Source of the DNA: Chiloscyllium plagiosum
Taxonomy: Eukaryota
Direction of reading: 5' to 3'
Assembly: GCF_004010195.1 (NCBI RefSeq)
Contig: NC_057718.1
Span: 35,606,235-35,668,234, forward strand
DNA length: 62,000 bases
Part shown: in pieces, positions 40,382 through 52,520 of the stretch
How positions within the stretch are numbered: position 1 is the first letter of the stretch
Layout of the letters: each line of letters begins with the position of its first letter
Program-made: the position numbers and the translations under genes
The notes under the pieces: model-generated
What the model was told of the DNA's origin: nothing
What the model saw: the letters and a program-made list of their open reading frames with translations, nothing else
The model's database searches: none

Positions 40382-40474
40382 GTCCTGAAGAAGGGTTAAT
40401 ATCCAAAACGTTGACTTCTCCACCTCCTGAATCGGTCTGACTTGCTGTGTTCTTCCAGCCTCCTGTTTGTCTAC
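40382..40474 (+). mobile_element. Solitary PLE terminus flanked by a 14-bp duplication
   Basis: CTGAAGA-agggttaatatcc-AAAACGTT core. ttgggaataacYga occurs at 40368-40381 and 40475-40488. Confidence 0.75.
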
Positions 40475-40739
40475 TTGGGAATAACCGATATTCTTCATGA
40501 AAAGGTTAAGGACACAGGGAAATGGTAATTGCAGTTCTTCAAAACAGCACATTGAAGTTCAAATTTTAGATTGAGATTTTCAGATATCAGCTGGAAACAT
40601 TCAACTCTCATCATTTTAAATCTCCCGTGTTGGACTTGGCAAGATGACAACGATTCAGTAGTAGTGCCATGGACAGCTCTGCCTAACAGCCAAGGCATAT
40701 GGGTGTTTTTTGCCATCCCTGGCTAACTCTTACAAGGGA

Positions 40740-43700
40740 CTTATTCATTTAAAGCCTTGGGGAGACATGTTTGTTAACTTTGGGAGTGGGAAGGATGCCA
40801 AAAGGAAAGGGAGCAAGCAAACAGTAGCAGGGAGGACACTCCTCTGCAGCACCGGGCACGCCTGCGGCCTCTCCTGAACCCCCGAGGGACTTAACGGACT
40901 CGCAGGAATTGGTGAGATGAACCACGAAGGTTGAGGCTGTGTTCGAGGAAATCTGTGTCCAGATTCAACCCATCACATCGATGCTGAAAAAGCATTAACC
41001 GGAGCTCCAGGGCCTCAGGGCGTGGATGGAGGAGGTGGAGGGTGGAACTACAGCCACGGAAGCAGCGACTGTGTCCTCATCCAGATAGATCCAGGCCCTG
41101 GAACACCAAGCATGGGCCTTGCGAGATCAGGTCAACAACCTTGAAAATCAAAGTCAGAGGATGAATCTATGGATTGTCGGGCTCCTGGAGGGTGAAAAAG
41201 GTGGGCAGCCAGTAGGCATCTTTGAACACTGGCTTCCACAGTTCCTGGGCCTTCACATCGAGTCCAGCCAACTGCACATTGAAAGGGCCTATATAGAGTG
41301 GCAGTGCGCAGGTCTGGGCCGGTACAGTGCCCCTGGCTGGTTCAAGTGCACTTCCACACATACAGGAACAAGCAAAGAGTGAGAGGAGCCTCCAGATCAC
41401 AGGGGAAAGATCCACAGGCACTGCTGTACAAGGGGTCAAAAACTACGGGTTTTCAAGATTTCTCGGTAGCTGTAATTCAAAGGAGGAAGTCCTTCAATGA
41501 AGTTAAGAGGCTGAGGAACCTGGGTATCCAGTACTCCATGAGGTACCCTGCGGTGTTCCGTGTCAGCCACGAGGACACAGTTTATACATCTGACTTGGCG
41601 GATAAAGCCAAGAACTTTGTGGACACTTTAAAATAGTCTGATTGGTCTGAAACATATAGTGCATGTTTGTCCTCTTTTCCTTCTTTCCATGTTTTCCCTT
41701 CCCACTAATAATTTTTCTTTTTTAAAAAATACTTGGAATATAAGAAAGAACTTGCTTTTGCTTGACAAAGGCTGTTCGAGTATGGGGAAAGGCCAGGGAA
41801 GTATTTAGCGTATCTGACTAGGAAAAAGCGTGCTCCCCAATTCATCACTGCAGTTGAGAGTCTGCACCAGCGTCCTTAAATATTATGCCAAAAGGATTAA
41901 TGAGGCTTTTCAGAGTTTTCACTCTGAATTGTATTGGACTGAAGGTTGCACGGATGGGTGGCCCAAGACGGAAACCTTTTTTTTTAAAAGAGCCTGGACC
42001 TCCTGGGGGGTAACCTTGGAAAAGGCCTCTCTCCTCAATGCTCCCCTGACAGTTCAGGAAATACAGGAGGCAGTTAAGCCACTTTAAAGTGGGAAAGCGC
42101 TTGGCCCTGATGGTCTCCTGGATGATTTTTATGAGGAGTTCATAGGGATTCTGTCAGGGCCGATGCTGGAAATGTACAATCACTCCTATATGCATGAATG
42201 CTTACCACCATCTTTGAGAGAAGCTAATATTTCCATAATTCTTAAGAAGGTTCCTGAGGATTGTGCCTCATATAGGTCCATCTCTCATTAAATTCAGATT
42301 TTAAGATTCTGTCGAAGATTTTGGCGCTGTTATTGGAGATGCTGCCCTATATTGTCAAAGAGGAATAGGCAGGTTTTACAAGGGGCCATAGGTCCTCTGA
42401 TAATATTAGAAGGTTGCTGAATATGATCCAAGCATGTCAGCAACGATTGATCCAGGGGTTGGCAATTTCCTTCGATGCAGGGAAAGTATTTGACCAGGTG
42501 GAATGGCCATATCTCTTTTATGTCTTAGAGCGGTTTGGGCTGGGTTTGGTCTTTACTAGGTGGGTGGAGGTTTTATATCACCACCCCCTGGCAGTGGTCA
42601 TCAACAATGGGCTGAAGTCTGGGAATTTTAGGATTGGCAAAGGTGATCGTTAAGGTTGCCCCTTCTCACCACTGTTGTTTACGTCGATGCTAGAGCCACT
42701 GGCAGAGGCTATTCGTCAGAACATCCACAAAACCGCTCTGGAAGTGGAACCGAGGGCACACAAGATTACACCAGATGCAGATCACGTCCTTTTGATTTTA
42801 TTGGACCCGATGACCTCCGTAACCCATCTGATACAATGTATTAATTCATTTGGGGCTATTTCAGGATATAAGATCAACTTTGCAAAGTCGGAGGCTATAC
42901 CTTTGGGGGACCTTAAGGAAGTGCCAGAGGTTAAAGGTGGCCCTAGGTTCCCCTTTAAGTGGTCACGGGCGGGTTTCTGGAACCTAGGTATGTTTATTAC
43001 CCCCATGTTTGATCGGTTATTTCAGACAAACTTTGTTCATCTCTTTGACAATATTAAGCAGGATCTCCAGAGATGGAAGGCTCTTCCAATTTTGTGGTTG
43101 GGACGAATAGACGAATAGCCCTTATTAAGATGAATGTCCTCCCTTGTTTGCTTTATCCCATGTGTACACTCCCTATAATGTTTCCAGGTCAATGTTGCGG
43201 AAAATTATAGGTTGGTTTAATTCTTTCGTTTGGCGTTGTGGGCGGTCCCTCATCAAACTTACTAAATTGCAGTTGCCTCAAGGATGGGGAGGAGTTGATT
43301 TTCCAGACATTAGGAGGTATCAATTGAGTTCCCTGCTGTCCTTTGTGTGCGATTGGGCACGTAACGATCCAGACTCAATATGGCTGGATACTGAAGCCTC
43401 CCAGGCAAAGTGCCCTCTTACTAACCTATTGTTCAAGGATAAGATGAAGACAGTTATGGACCACTGCTGGAACCCCATTGTTATTAGTACGTTCAAGGCA
43501 TGGAGGGCAATGCGCCAGAGTGAGGGTTATTTATCCAAGACTTCACCACTCACCCCCCCATAGTTGGTATGTCAGGGTTCTGACCAGGGATGATGGACTC
43601 AGGGTTCAAACTATGGGCAGCAAGAGGAGTTTCCAGTTTGGGAGACTTGTTTGAGGGGGAGTTGATGATGTCTTTCGAGCAACTGAGCCACAAATACGGG

Positions 43701-44823
43701 ATGTCCAGCAGAGATCTTTTCCGTTTTTTTCAGGTTAGGGATTTCATCCAGAAGAAGACTACGCTTCTCACTAAGCCCAATACAGAGAGGTTGTTGCTAC
43801 ATTCCACAAGCACCCTTTCGGTTAGTGCCCTCTATCATCTACTGGGTGGCAGAGCCTGGTAGGATATTAACCGGTTATGAGGGATCTGGGAGCAAGAGCT
43901 AGGAATGGAGATCTCTTCTGAAACATGAGAGGAAACATGGGAGAACACGCAAAAGATCTCAATCTGTAATAGGACATACGCTATGCAGTTAAAAGTTCTG
44001 CACAGTGTTCATTTGGCACCAGACCATCTGGTGAAGTTTAAAAAAGGGGCATCTCCAATGTGCCTCATATGTAAAATATGTGTAGGTACTCTTACCCATT
44101 GCTTCTGGACATGCCACAGGCTCCCTGTTTATTGGAGCACTGTGGCGGGAGAGAAAGGGCGGGTATTGAGGACCAAAGTTAAAGTAGACCTGACATCTCT
44201 CCTTCTAGGTTGACTGAATCTATCTTAAGACAGGCATGGGAAGAAACTATTTAATATTCTTACTTACTGTGCATGGAAGAACATTCTGATAAATTGGGTG
44301 TCTGAGAACCCATTGGGCTTGCTGGGATGGCGAAAATTAATTATGGAGCACATTCCCTTGGATTTTTTCACAAACATGTTGCACCACACAACAGACCTTT
44401 TTTTATAAGACATGGCAGCCCTTTTTGAGTTATTTGGACACAGATCTGTTTGTTATCTTAACTAGGGCATTCATTTAACTAGGATGGTTAGGTTTTCTGA
44501 GCCCTGGGCCTTGGAAGGGGGAACTCCTGAGTACGTATACAACACTCCTGTTTTTGTTTGAGAGCTCTGCGCCGAGCATTGTTATTTTGTGTTCTTGTGC
44601 GTTCGTTTGTTTTTTTTAGTCATTTACTTATTTATTAGTGTTGTTTTGCACAGTGTTTGGTTTTTTTGTTTTGTTTTATAGGGTAGGTTAGTAGTTAGTA
44701 GACAGTAGTTGTATTGTAATTTGCACTTTTTTATTATACAGGTATTTGTTATATTTTTCATAACTTTATATTTTTGTAGTGTCAAAGAAAAGTCTTTGTT
44801 GCTAATAAATATACTTTTAAAAA
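40740..44823 (+). mobile_element. L1-clade LINE: ORF1 remnant plus ORF2 lacking the endonuclease, pseudogenised
   Basis: ORF1 (ATG 40795 to stop 41636): LENQSQRMNLWIVGLLEG, IERA, FQDFS, YSMRYPA. ORF2: LFEYGERPGKYLA, AISFDAGKVFDQVEW, GCPFSPLLF...LEPLA, FGAISGYKINFAKS, zinc knuckle CLICK...THCFWTC. T-rich 3' UTR with AATAAA at 44804. Many frameshifts and stops. Confidence 0.93.
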
Positions 44824-44929
44824 CTCCTCTTATAGTATCCCATGTCAAGTGCCCTGGAGCACTATCACAATGTTCGTGGGATTGATTATCGGTATGAAGG
44901 GAATGAATTACTAGAATGAAGGCAACATT

Positions 44930-45330
44930 GAACATATATCCCTTCACCAGCAACACAATGGCAACCATGTGTACAATGTACAACCGACATTACAACAGCT
45001 CATTTATCATGCAACTGTCCCTTCCAAATACAAAACCTCTTCCATCCAAAACAACATGGGCAGCAGAAATGTGGGAACACCACCAACTGTAAGATTCCTT
45101 CCAATCCCCACAGCATGCTGAGCTGGAACCATATCATCACTCCTTCACCGTCAACAGATCAAAAGTTTGAACTCTCTTACTAACAGCACTGACAGTGAAA
45201 AAAAGGACAATAATGGCTCAAGAAGGTGACTCCCCACAACAATCTCACTTTCTCAAGGTAAATTAGGGATGGGAAACAAATATTGACCTTACCAGCAACA
45301 TCAATGTCCCAATAATGAAGTACAAACAAA
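44930..45330 (+). mobile_element. Family B LINE 3' end
   Basis: Reverse-complement similarity to 1035-1430. Confidence 0.72.
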
Positions 45331-45691
45331 CATCAGGTCAACTGTAAGAGATGTAATTTTCAATCACCACCAAAAGTGTTATTTGGCCCCAAAGGTACCA
45401 GTTTCCATCCAGTGTGACAACATTCCAGCTCTCACACCAGCAAGACTGATGTTTCTTGGTGAACTAGCAACTTAGCAACAAATTAGGACCCAGTTATGCT
45501 TTGGGTCAGTACTCATTAAGAACTAGATGGATACAGTTCAAAATCATAACATAATAGTTACCACTCTCTTGCTCTTTCCTTTATTTTTCTTTAAGCGTTT
45601 GCTTTTAAAAATATTTAAACACTTCCTTTTCAGGTGGAGAGAGAATTGGAAAGAAGAGGTGGGAATAGCATCATTCTCTCCCTGGTGACAC

Positions 45692-45965
45692 TGTAGCGAT
45701 TGTAATGAGGTAAGCCAGTTGGACACCACAGAACACGAGTTCCCTGTTTGGGACTGTCAATCTCGTCCAATCAGTGAGCCCTGGAGGACAGATATAAAAG
45801 GGGAGTGCTCTTTACAAAATGACAAAAAAATTAAAAGGAGAGTGTCAAAGATACTGATACTCTGATAGTTGACTCTGAAGAGGCAGTACTAAAGTCAAGG
45901 ACTGTCCCATGTGTAAACAAGGGGTGACTTGGTGACAGGATACTAGCCTCAGTGGAGCTATTTCA
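45692..45965 (+). mobile_element. Short solo LTR (Gypsy-like)
   Basis: TG...CA ends, ccaatc box (~45767) and tataaaa (~45792) in promoter spacing. No clear TSD. Confidence 0.65.
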
Positions 45966-46075
45966 GTCGACAATACATTGCCAAAAATAAACAGATTGTC
46001 TGGCAATTTATTGTAGTGAAGTTTGTGGTATATGACTGTGTGCAAATCGACTTGCAAATTTCCTTGCTTTACAAT

Positions 46076-47150
46076 TGTGTGATGATACTATGTACATTTT
46101 GCCTTTTTTTAAAATGAAAATAAGTTAAGACAGAGGTATCGAGTGGTCTATTCCAAGCCAGTAAAGACCTTGGGGTTTTTTTTCAAAGAGACATTGGAAC
46201 GATAGCAGCAGCATGATTGGTTGCGTTTAACTTTGGGGGTTGGGATTTGGAAGCTACTATATATCTATCCCTGCTACAGCAAAACATTTGAGACCTCTCT
46301 CTTTAAGTTTTCTCTTGATGTTCTTTCCTTCTGGACTGGAGAAACATTGCAGAAAAGACAATCTATTTTACCAAATTTGCCTTTGCCAATGGTGTTTCAA
46401 TGGGATGTTACTACCTTCAAACAGCTAATCAGTGATAATTAACATATACTTTATCTTGTTCAGTATTTCATAGAGTTACAGGTAAGCTTTTTGTTTTAAT
46501 TCTTGTTTTGTCTGTATTTTAACAGGAGTGTAAGAATAATGTGCATTTTTTTCCAACCTTGGTAGTTTGACTAATCAAATTGTATCAGGGACACAACCCC
46601 TTACTAAAATAGGGTCTAGACTATCTTCTTAATGTATTTTGAGAGGCGATTTTTGAGCAGATTTGTAGATCAGTTTGATGATAAGTATGTAAGTTAGCTT
46701 GCTGAACTGGAAGGTTTGTTTTCATATGTTTCATCACCATACTAGGTAACATCATCAGAGTCTTCGGTGAAGTGCTGGTGGTATGTCCTGCCTCTCTATT
46801 TATAAATCTTGGTTTCTTAAGGTGGATAGTGACATTTCCAGTTGTTTTCCCCAAGGGAAAGTAGATGGGATCTAAGTCGATGTGTTTATTGATGGAATTC
46901 TGGTTAGAATGCCATGCCTCGAAGAATTCTCGTGAGTGTCTTTGATTGTCTGTCCTAGGATGTGTGTGTTGTCCCAGTCAAAGTGGTACCCTTCTTTGTC
47001 TGTATGTATGGAAACTAGTGATAGTGAGTCTAGTCTTTTGGCGACTACTTGGTGTTATCTAGTCATGGTGACGAAACATCTGAAAACAAACCTTCCAGTT
47101 CAGCGAGCTAACTTACAAACGTATCTTGAGAGGGTTTGATTTGGTCAACA
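46076..47150 (+). mobile_element. Solo LTR containing a PLE insertion
   Basis: Colinear homology with 56427-57048. Candidate 5-bp TSD acaat at 46071-75 and 47148-52. Confidence 0.75.
46647..47120 (-). mobile_element. PLE (Penelope/Poseidon-like) 3' fragment with inverted terminus and 13-bp TSD
   Basis: GIY-YIG C-terminal remnant (FDWDNTHILGQ...REFFEAWHSNQNSINKHIDLDPIY). Inverted arms 46688-46751 and 47053-47117. gtatYttgagagg at 46634-46646 and 47121-47133. Hammerhead core at 46729-46758. Confidence 0.88.
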
Positions 47151-47319
47151 ATAGTGACTACAATTCAAAAATGTACTTAATCAGCTGTGGGACATTCTGA
47201 GGTTGTGAAAGACAATACAAATGCAAGCTAGCACTTCCTTTTTTACAATTGCCTTTTCACACCACATACAAATACAAAGGCAGCTTACATGCCATTGTCA
47301 CACAAACAACTTACTTCCT

Positions 47320-47867
47320 GACTGCTGGGACACATGCACTGAACAACCCCACCGCCCTGTGACCAACTACTTCAACTCCTCCTCCCACTCCGCCAAGGAC
47401 ATGCAAGTCCTGGGTCTCCTCCACTGCTAAATTCTAGCCACCCAACTACTGGAGGAAGAACACCTCAGCTTCCCCCCTTGGGACCCTGCAACCAGTTGCC
47501 TCATCCCCCCTCCCCCAACCTTATCCCAGATCCAACCCTCCAACTCCGCACCACCCTCTCGAACTGTCCTAAATGTCCATCTTCCTTCCCACCTACCTGC
47601 TCCACCCTTCGCTCTGATCTATCACTATCACTCCCCACCTTCATCTATCTATCGTATTCCTAGTTACCTTGCTGTCCTGCCCCACCCCCTCCTATTTATC
47701 TCTATGCCCCCTTGGGAATCCCCTCCCCCCCACTTCAATCCTGATGAAGAGCTTATGCTCAAAACATTGACCCTCCTGCTCCTTGGATGCTACCTGACTG
47801 GCTGTGCTTTCCCAGCACCACACATTTTGACTGTGATCTCCAGCATCTGCAGTCTTCACTTTCTCCT
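47320..47867 (+). mobile_element. PLE (Neptune-like) 3' fragment
   Basis: Reverse-complement homology to 16530-17015. CTGATGA at 47741 with stem gagc/gctc and GAAA decayed to AAAA. Confidence 0.85.
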
Positions 47868-48974
47868 ACAGAACAGGCATACCCTGCAGCAGAACTACTC
47901 AACTGCTGCACTGATTATGAGGTAACTGCCCTGAAAACTTCAATTTTTGATCGTGTATACCCTGTACTTAGAACCCTTTGATAAAGTAGGCAACTGAGTT
48001 TGAGTCAGAGACTTAAGAGGATTCTGACATAACTAGTAGTCAGCCAGGAAACGTTAGAAAGATTAAAACCTGCTCAAAGGTTTGGCTAGTAAAATTACTG
48101 GCCGTCCAATCATTCACACTGACACACCCTCTCCTTTCACTCACACTGACCCCACCCTGACATCTGAATTTACTCTAGAGCACGTGATACTACTCTCCCA
48201 CCCAGCTCTCTTCCCTGAAGATACCAGACTCAACCCTTACCTGCCACTAGACACTCTCATCCACCCACCTAGTCCCAAACTCCAGGGCAGGACAAATTAA
48301 AATAAGTGGAGCGGTTCCCCAACTGGGATTTCCATTCCTTGAAAGATTCAAATCTATTGTGTCTTAAAAGAAATCACAAACTTACATTACCTTTTTCCAA
48401 AGGTTACAAGCATGTGCTTTGCTCTAACCATAGCTTTCATTTTGGTGGAGGAATGATGATATGGTAAAATTAAAGCAGTGAGACTTATTTCATGATTTCT
48501 TCACAAACTTAAGTCAACTGAAAATTAACAAATACATTCATTTATTAGATGTATTATCAATAAAGAATTTATATGCAACATAATGGGTCGCCAGGACTCC
48601 AAAACAATGTGCATGTAATTCTTCGTTGCTGTAAGAATGCTCATGTGAAAAGGTTAGTCAAGTCTGCATGTTAAAATATTTAATTTCTTGAAAATTGGTT
48701 ACCATAATATCTAATTAAATATGCCACATAAATACAAAAAACAGTACAATTACAAAGCAAGGTAGCTTATCACCACCTTCATAAGGGTATTTATGGGATG
48801 GGCAAAAAATGCCAGCAACATCCATGTCCCACAAATGAATAGAAAAAAAAGTTTCTATTTTCATCAAGAACTGCACAATACGTCAATGGGTAAATAATAA
48901 AAATGGCTTGCACATGTAATTATTCTTTTAACTTTTTGAGCTAGGTTTAATTTCAGCCGAACTAAAGGCTGTAT

Positions 48975-49632
48975 TCAAAGTTTGTGCGAAGATTTGTAGC
49001 TCGGGTGCTCGTTGTTGTGGTTCTGTTCGCCGAGTTGGAAGTTTTTGTTGCAAATGTTTCGTCCCCTGGCTAGGCGACATCATCAGTGCTTGGGAGCCTC
49101 CTGCGAAGCGCTTCTTTGATGTTTCCTCCGGTGTTTATAGTGGTCTGTCCCTGCCGCTTCCGGTTGTCAGTTTCAGCTGTCTGCTGTAGTGGTTGGTATA
49201 TAGATACAGATACAGAGTCAGTTTCAGCTGTCCGCTGTAGTGGTTGGTATATTGGGTCCAGGTCGATGTGTTTGTTGATGGAGTTTGTTGATGAATGCCA
49301 TGCCTCTAGGAATTCCCTGGCTGTTCTCTGAGTGGCTTGCCCTATGATAGTAGTGTTGTCTCAGTCGAATTCATGTTGCTTGTTGTCTGCGTGTGTGGCT
49401 ACTAAGGATAGCTGGTCGTGTCGTTTCGTGGCTAGTTGATGTTCATGTATGCGGATTGTTAGCTGCCTTCCTGTCTTCAACCGGAAGCGGCAGGGACAGA
49501 CCACTATAAACACCGGAGGAAACATCAAAGAAGCGCTTCGCAGGAGGCTCCCAAGCACCGATGATGTCGCCTAGCCAGGGGACGAAACATTTGCAACAAA
49601 AACTTCCAGCTCGGCGAACAGAACCACAACAA
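48975..49632 (-). mobile_element. Young PLE (Penelope/Poseidon-like) insertion with 155-bp inverted arms and a perfect 12-bp TSD
   Basis: Arms 49012-49166 and 49478-49632 (2 mismatches). Interior encodes KTGRQLTIRIHEHQLA...REFLEAWHS...INKHIDLDPIYQPL. TAAAGGCTGTAT at 48963-48974 and 49633-49644. Confidence 0.93.
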
Positions 49633-49934
49633 TAAAGGCTGTATATTTAATCTACATTGGCTACAAGCATCCCATTCAAAATGTGAGTGGGTGCTTCCGA
49701 CATTGATACCCATGCATGCATTGCCAGCACAAAATCATTCTACTATTACGAGCGATGCTTCATTGCATCTTAGAAAGGTTTTTAACAACTGTTAGTTAAA
49801 ACCACAAAGGCCTTAACAGAACTGGTGTGAGAAATCAAATCATTTTTGCAGTAAAATTTTCCAATCTGAGAATTACATTCTATACTTGGTGTAGTGCAGG
49901 GAGAACTGTAGTCCATGTCAAACCTGTGCTTTAC

Positions 49935-50008
49935 CTGAACTTGATATCTGCAACGTTTTTCACAAAGTAGGAACCCAAAAATACTACTGTTTTCCTCAGG
50001 CTGACCAG
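49935..50008 (-). CDS. Weak candidate exon, 74 nt; two frames open (LVSLRKTVVFLGSYFVKNVADIKF or GQPEENSSIFGFLLCEKRCRYQVQ)
   Basis: Donor CAG|gtaaag. A T-rich tract lies upstream of an aag acceptor. Confidence 0.22.
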
Positions 50009-50059
50009 CTTGGTCATGTAGAACATTAAAAAAAAGAAATATTAACCATAAAACAATAA

Positions 50060-50350
50060 TCTGCCTTTACATTGCATCATTAACATTGGAAAACATTCCA
50101 AAGCACTTCACATGAGCATTATCAAACAAAATAGCACCAGAAGATATCAAGAGAAATGACCAAAAACCAAGACAGAGGTTTTAAATAATGTCTCAAATGA
50201 GAAGGTGGTTGAGGAGGGAATTTCAGAGATCAGAGCGTAGGTAGCTGAAGACATGGTTGACAAAGGAGCACCAGTTAAAATCTGGATTGTGCAAGACACT
50301 AACATTGAAGGATTGTAGATTTTGGAGGGTTGCAAGGCTGGAGAAAGAGA
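50060..50350 (-). mobile_element. Decayed L2-like LINE 3' fragment
   Basis: Shared motifs with 26150-26360 and 30185-30345. Confidence 0.5.
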
Positions 50351-51610
50351 GAAAGAGATTAATTTTGCTTACTGAAATACAGCCTTTGTTTAATAGATTT
50401 GTTAATTTGGAAAAATTAATATGCAGTACGACTTACATAAATAAGACTATCACAATTTTTCAGAAAATTACACCCTGAAGGATTTAAAACCTTGTGTTAA
50501 AGCTTGTGGTCTAAAACATCTAAATAAACAAGGAATAATTAAAATGGAAAGCAAAAATCAAAAGTAAGATGCAAATAAAACCAAGATACTACATGGAACC
50601 CATCACACCCTGAAAATGCCCACATCAAATCACAAAATATTTCAGAATTACATTTTTTGAGATTACAGCTGTATGTTTGGAACATGGACACTGCAGCACA
50701 GACCTATTTTGGTTTTAATGGTCCTGTCACACTCAATTCTTACTCAGGTACACTGGGACCAAAAAAAACACATCATAAGCTGCCTTGGAGGGAGCTGTGT
50801 TTGGAGGGAAGGTGGTTACAAAGCTTCTGTTCCCTACAAATTCATCCCAATTGTTTAGAAGTTTTTAGGCTCCCCAGCTTAAAGGCATCACACAAACACT
50901 CACCCCCCAAACCATATCTAATGTTACTTCATAACTATAAAGACCCCATCATCTCAACCTGTGCCCCACCCAAATGCATGCATCCACAACAGCAATGTAA
51001 TACAACACCACACACCCATGCTATCTCCATAGCCACTCAGCAGTATGCGCAATGAGCAGATCTCAGGAATCATACAGATGAAAATAAAGATTTCTAAAGT
51101 CTAATAGAGATTTCAATCACTAACACTTAATATTACTGAAAACAAAACTATTCATGGAATTGTTTTTTAAAAAGATCTATTAAGTAACCATATTAAAGAC
51201 GGGGAAGTATTTAAAGTATTTTTAAACTGTCAACCAAGATGTGAATCAACACTGAAGAGCATCTTTGTAGTTTTTGGAAGTCAGCCAGCAATCACAATTA
51301 CCTCTGCTGAAAAACTAGCAGTTGGGAATATTCAATAAAGAACGCTTTTATAAAAACAATAGGAATAGATGGTAATAGCTTTCTTCCGAGCTACACCAGG
51401 TAAACTATCAGTCTGGCAGAGGTAGTTTCCTTTTGACTCAAACTGACAGCTTTAACTTTTCTGTTCATGTTTAAATCATGGGGATTTAAAAATATTATAT
51501 CAGGACACTCAACAGAATTTATATCTACTCCATAAATTTGTGATTTCCACATCATGAGTTGAAGCCCTTGGAATAGCCAGAATTGGACCTGTTTAAATGC
51601 AGCATACATT

Positions 51611-51675
51611 TCAATTTGCCCTAATAAATTCAGGTTTGCTAACCGCGTAGTTCACACTCCTCCCATTTCCTTCAG
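51611..51675 (-). CDS. Candidate exon (phase 1): (T)EGNGRSVNYAVSKPEFIRAN-stop, or spliced earlier at a GC donor
   Basis: Acceptor cttatgtattttgccag with upstream ctaac; the other two frames stop within 8 codons. 3' boundary uncertain. Confidence 0.3.
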
Positions 51676-51819
51676 CTGGCAAAATACATAAGATCATACA
51701 AGTTAGGAGGAGTAGTAGGCTATCTGGCTCCTTTGAATCTGTTCTGTAAAAGACTGTTTGCTTTAGGCCTAATGTGCCAAAAATCTGATATTTCACAGAT
51801 GTGAGAGGACCTCTGCATC

Positions 51820-52520
51820 TGATTTGATTTATTATTGTCACATGTACCTAGGTACAGGGAAATGTTTTGTTTTGTGTGCAGTACAAGCAGATCATACCAT
51901 AAAATGTGCATAAGCATAATATAATAGAGCGAGAAATGTGATGTTACAGCTGCAAAGAAGATGCATAAAATGCGAGGTCAACATTAAATTTAAAATTTAA
52001 GAGGTCTATTCAGAAGTCTAATAGCAGTGGGGAAGAGGCTGTTCTTGAATTAAGATTCTTTCTGGACATGATGATTTCCTTAACTTCCTCAGGAAAAGGA
52101 GGCATTGTTGTGCTTTCTTGACCATCGCATCAATGTGGGTAGACCAGGACAAATTGTGGGTGATCAGCATTCTGAGGAACTTGATGTTGTCGACCATCTC
52201 CACCTCAGCACCACTAATCTAGCACCACAGGGGCTTCATCTTGCTTCCTGAAGTCAATGACCAGCTGTTTTGTTTTGCTGATGTTGAGTGAGAGATTGTT
52301 ATCTTTACATCCTATCTCTTTCCTGTATTGTCTTGTCATTGTTTGAGATCCAGCCTACAATGGTGGTGTTATCAACGAATTTGTAGATGGAGTTAGCATG
52401 AAATTTGGCCACAGAGTCATGATTGTATAGAGATTATAGTAAGGGGCTCAGTATACAGCCTTGCAGAGTGTCAGTGTTGAGGATTTTTGTGGAAGGTGTT
52501 GTTACCTATTTTCACTGATT
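51820..52520 (-). mobile_element. Rex1/Babar-like LINE 3' fragment with internal deletion
   Basis: EMVDNIKFL...ITHNLSWSTHIDAMVKKAQQCLLFLRKLRK. aataaatcaaatca tail on the minus strand. Confidence 0.8.

Larger units (their letters stand above)
45990..47240 (+). mobile_element. DeuSINE-like SINE 3' half split by a solo LTR
   Basis: ...gtgtgcaaat...tttacaat | LTR | agtgactacaattcaaaaatgtact... reads continuously across the insertion. Confidence 0.55.

Noticed and set aside
49086..49558. Two ORFs with identical N-termini (MLGSLLRSASLMFPP...) as duplicated genes
   Set aside because: An artefact of the PLE inverted arms.
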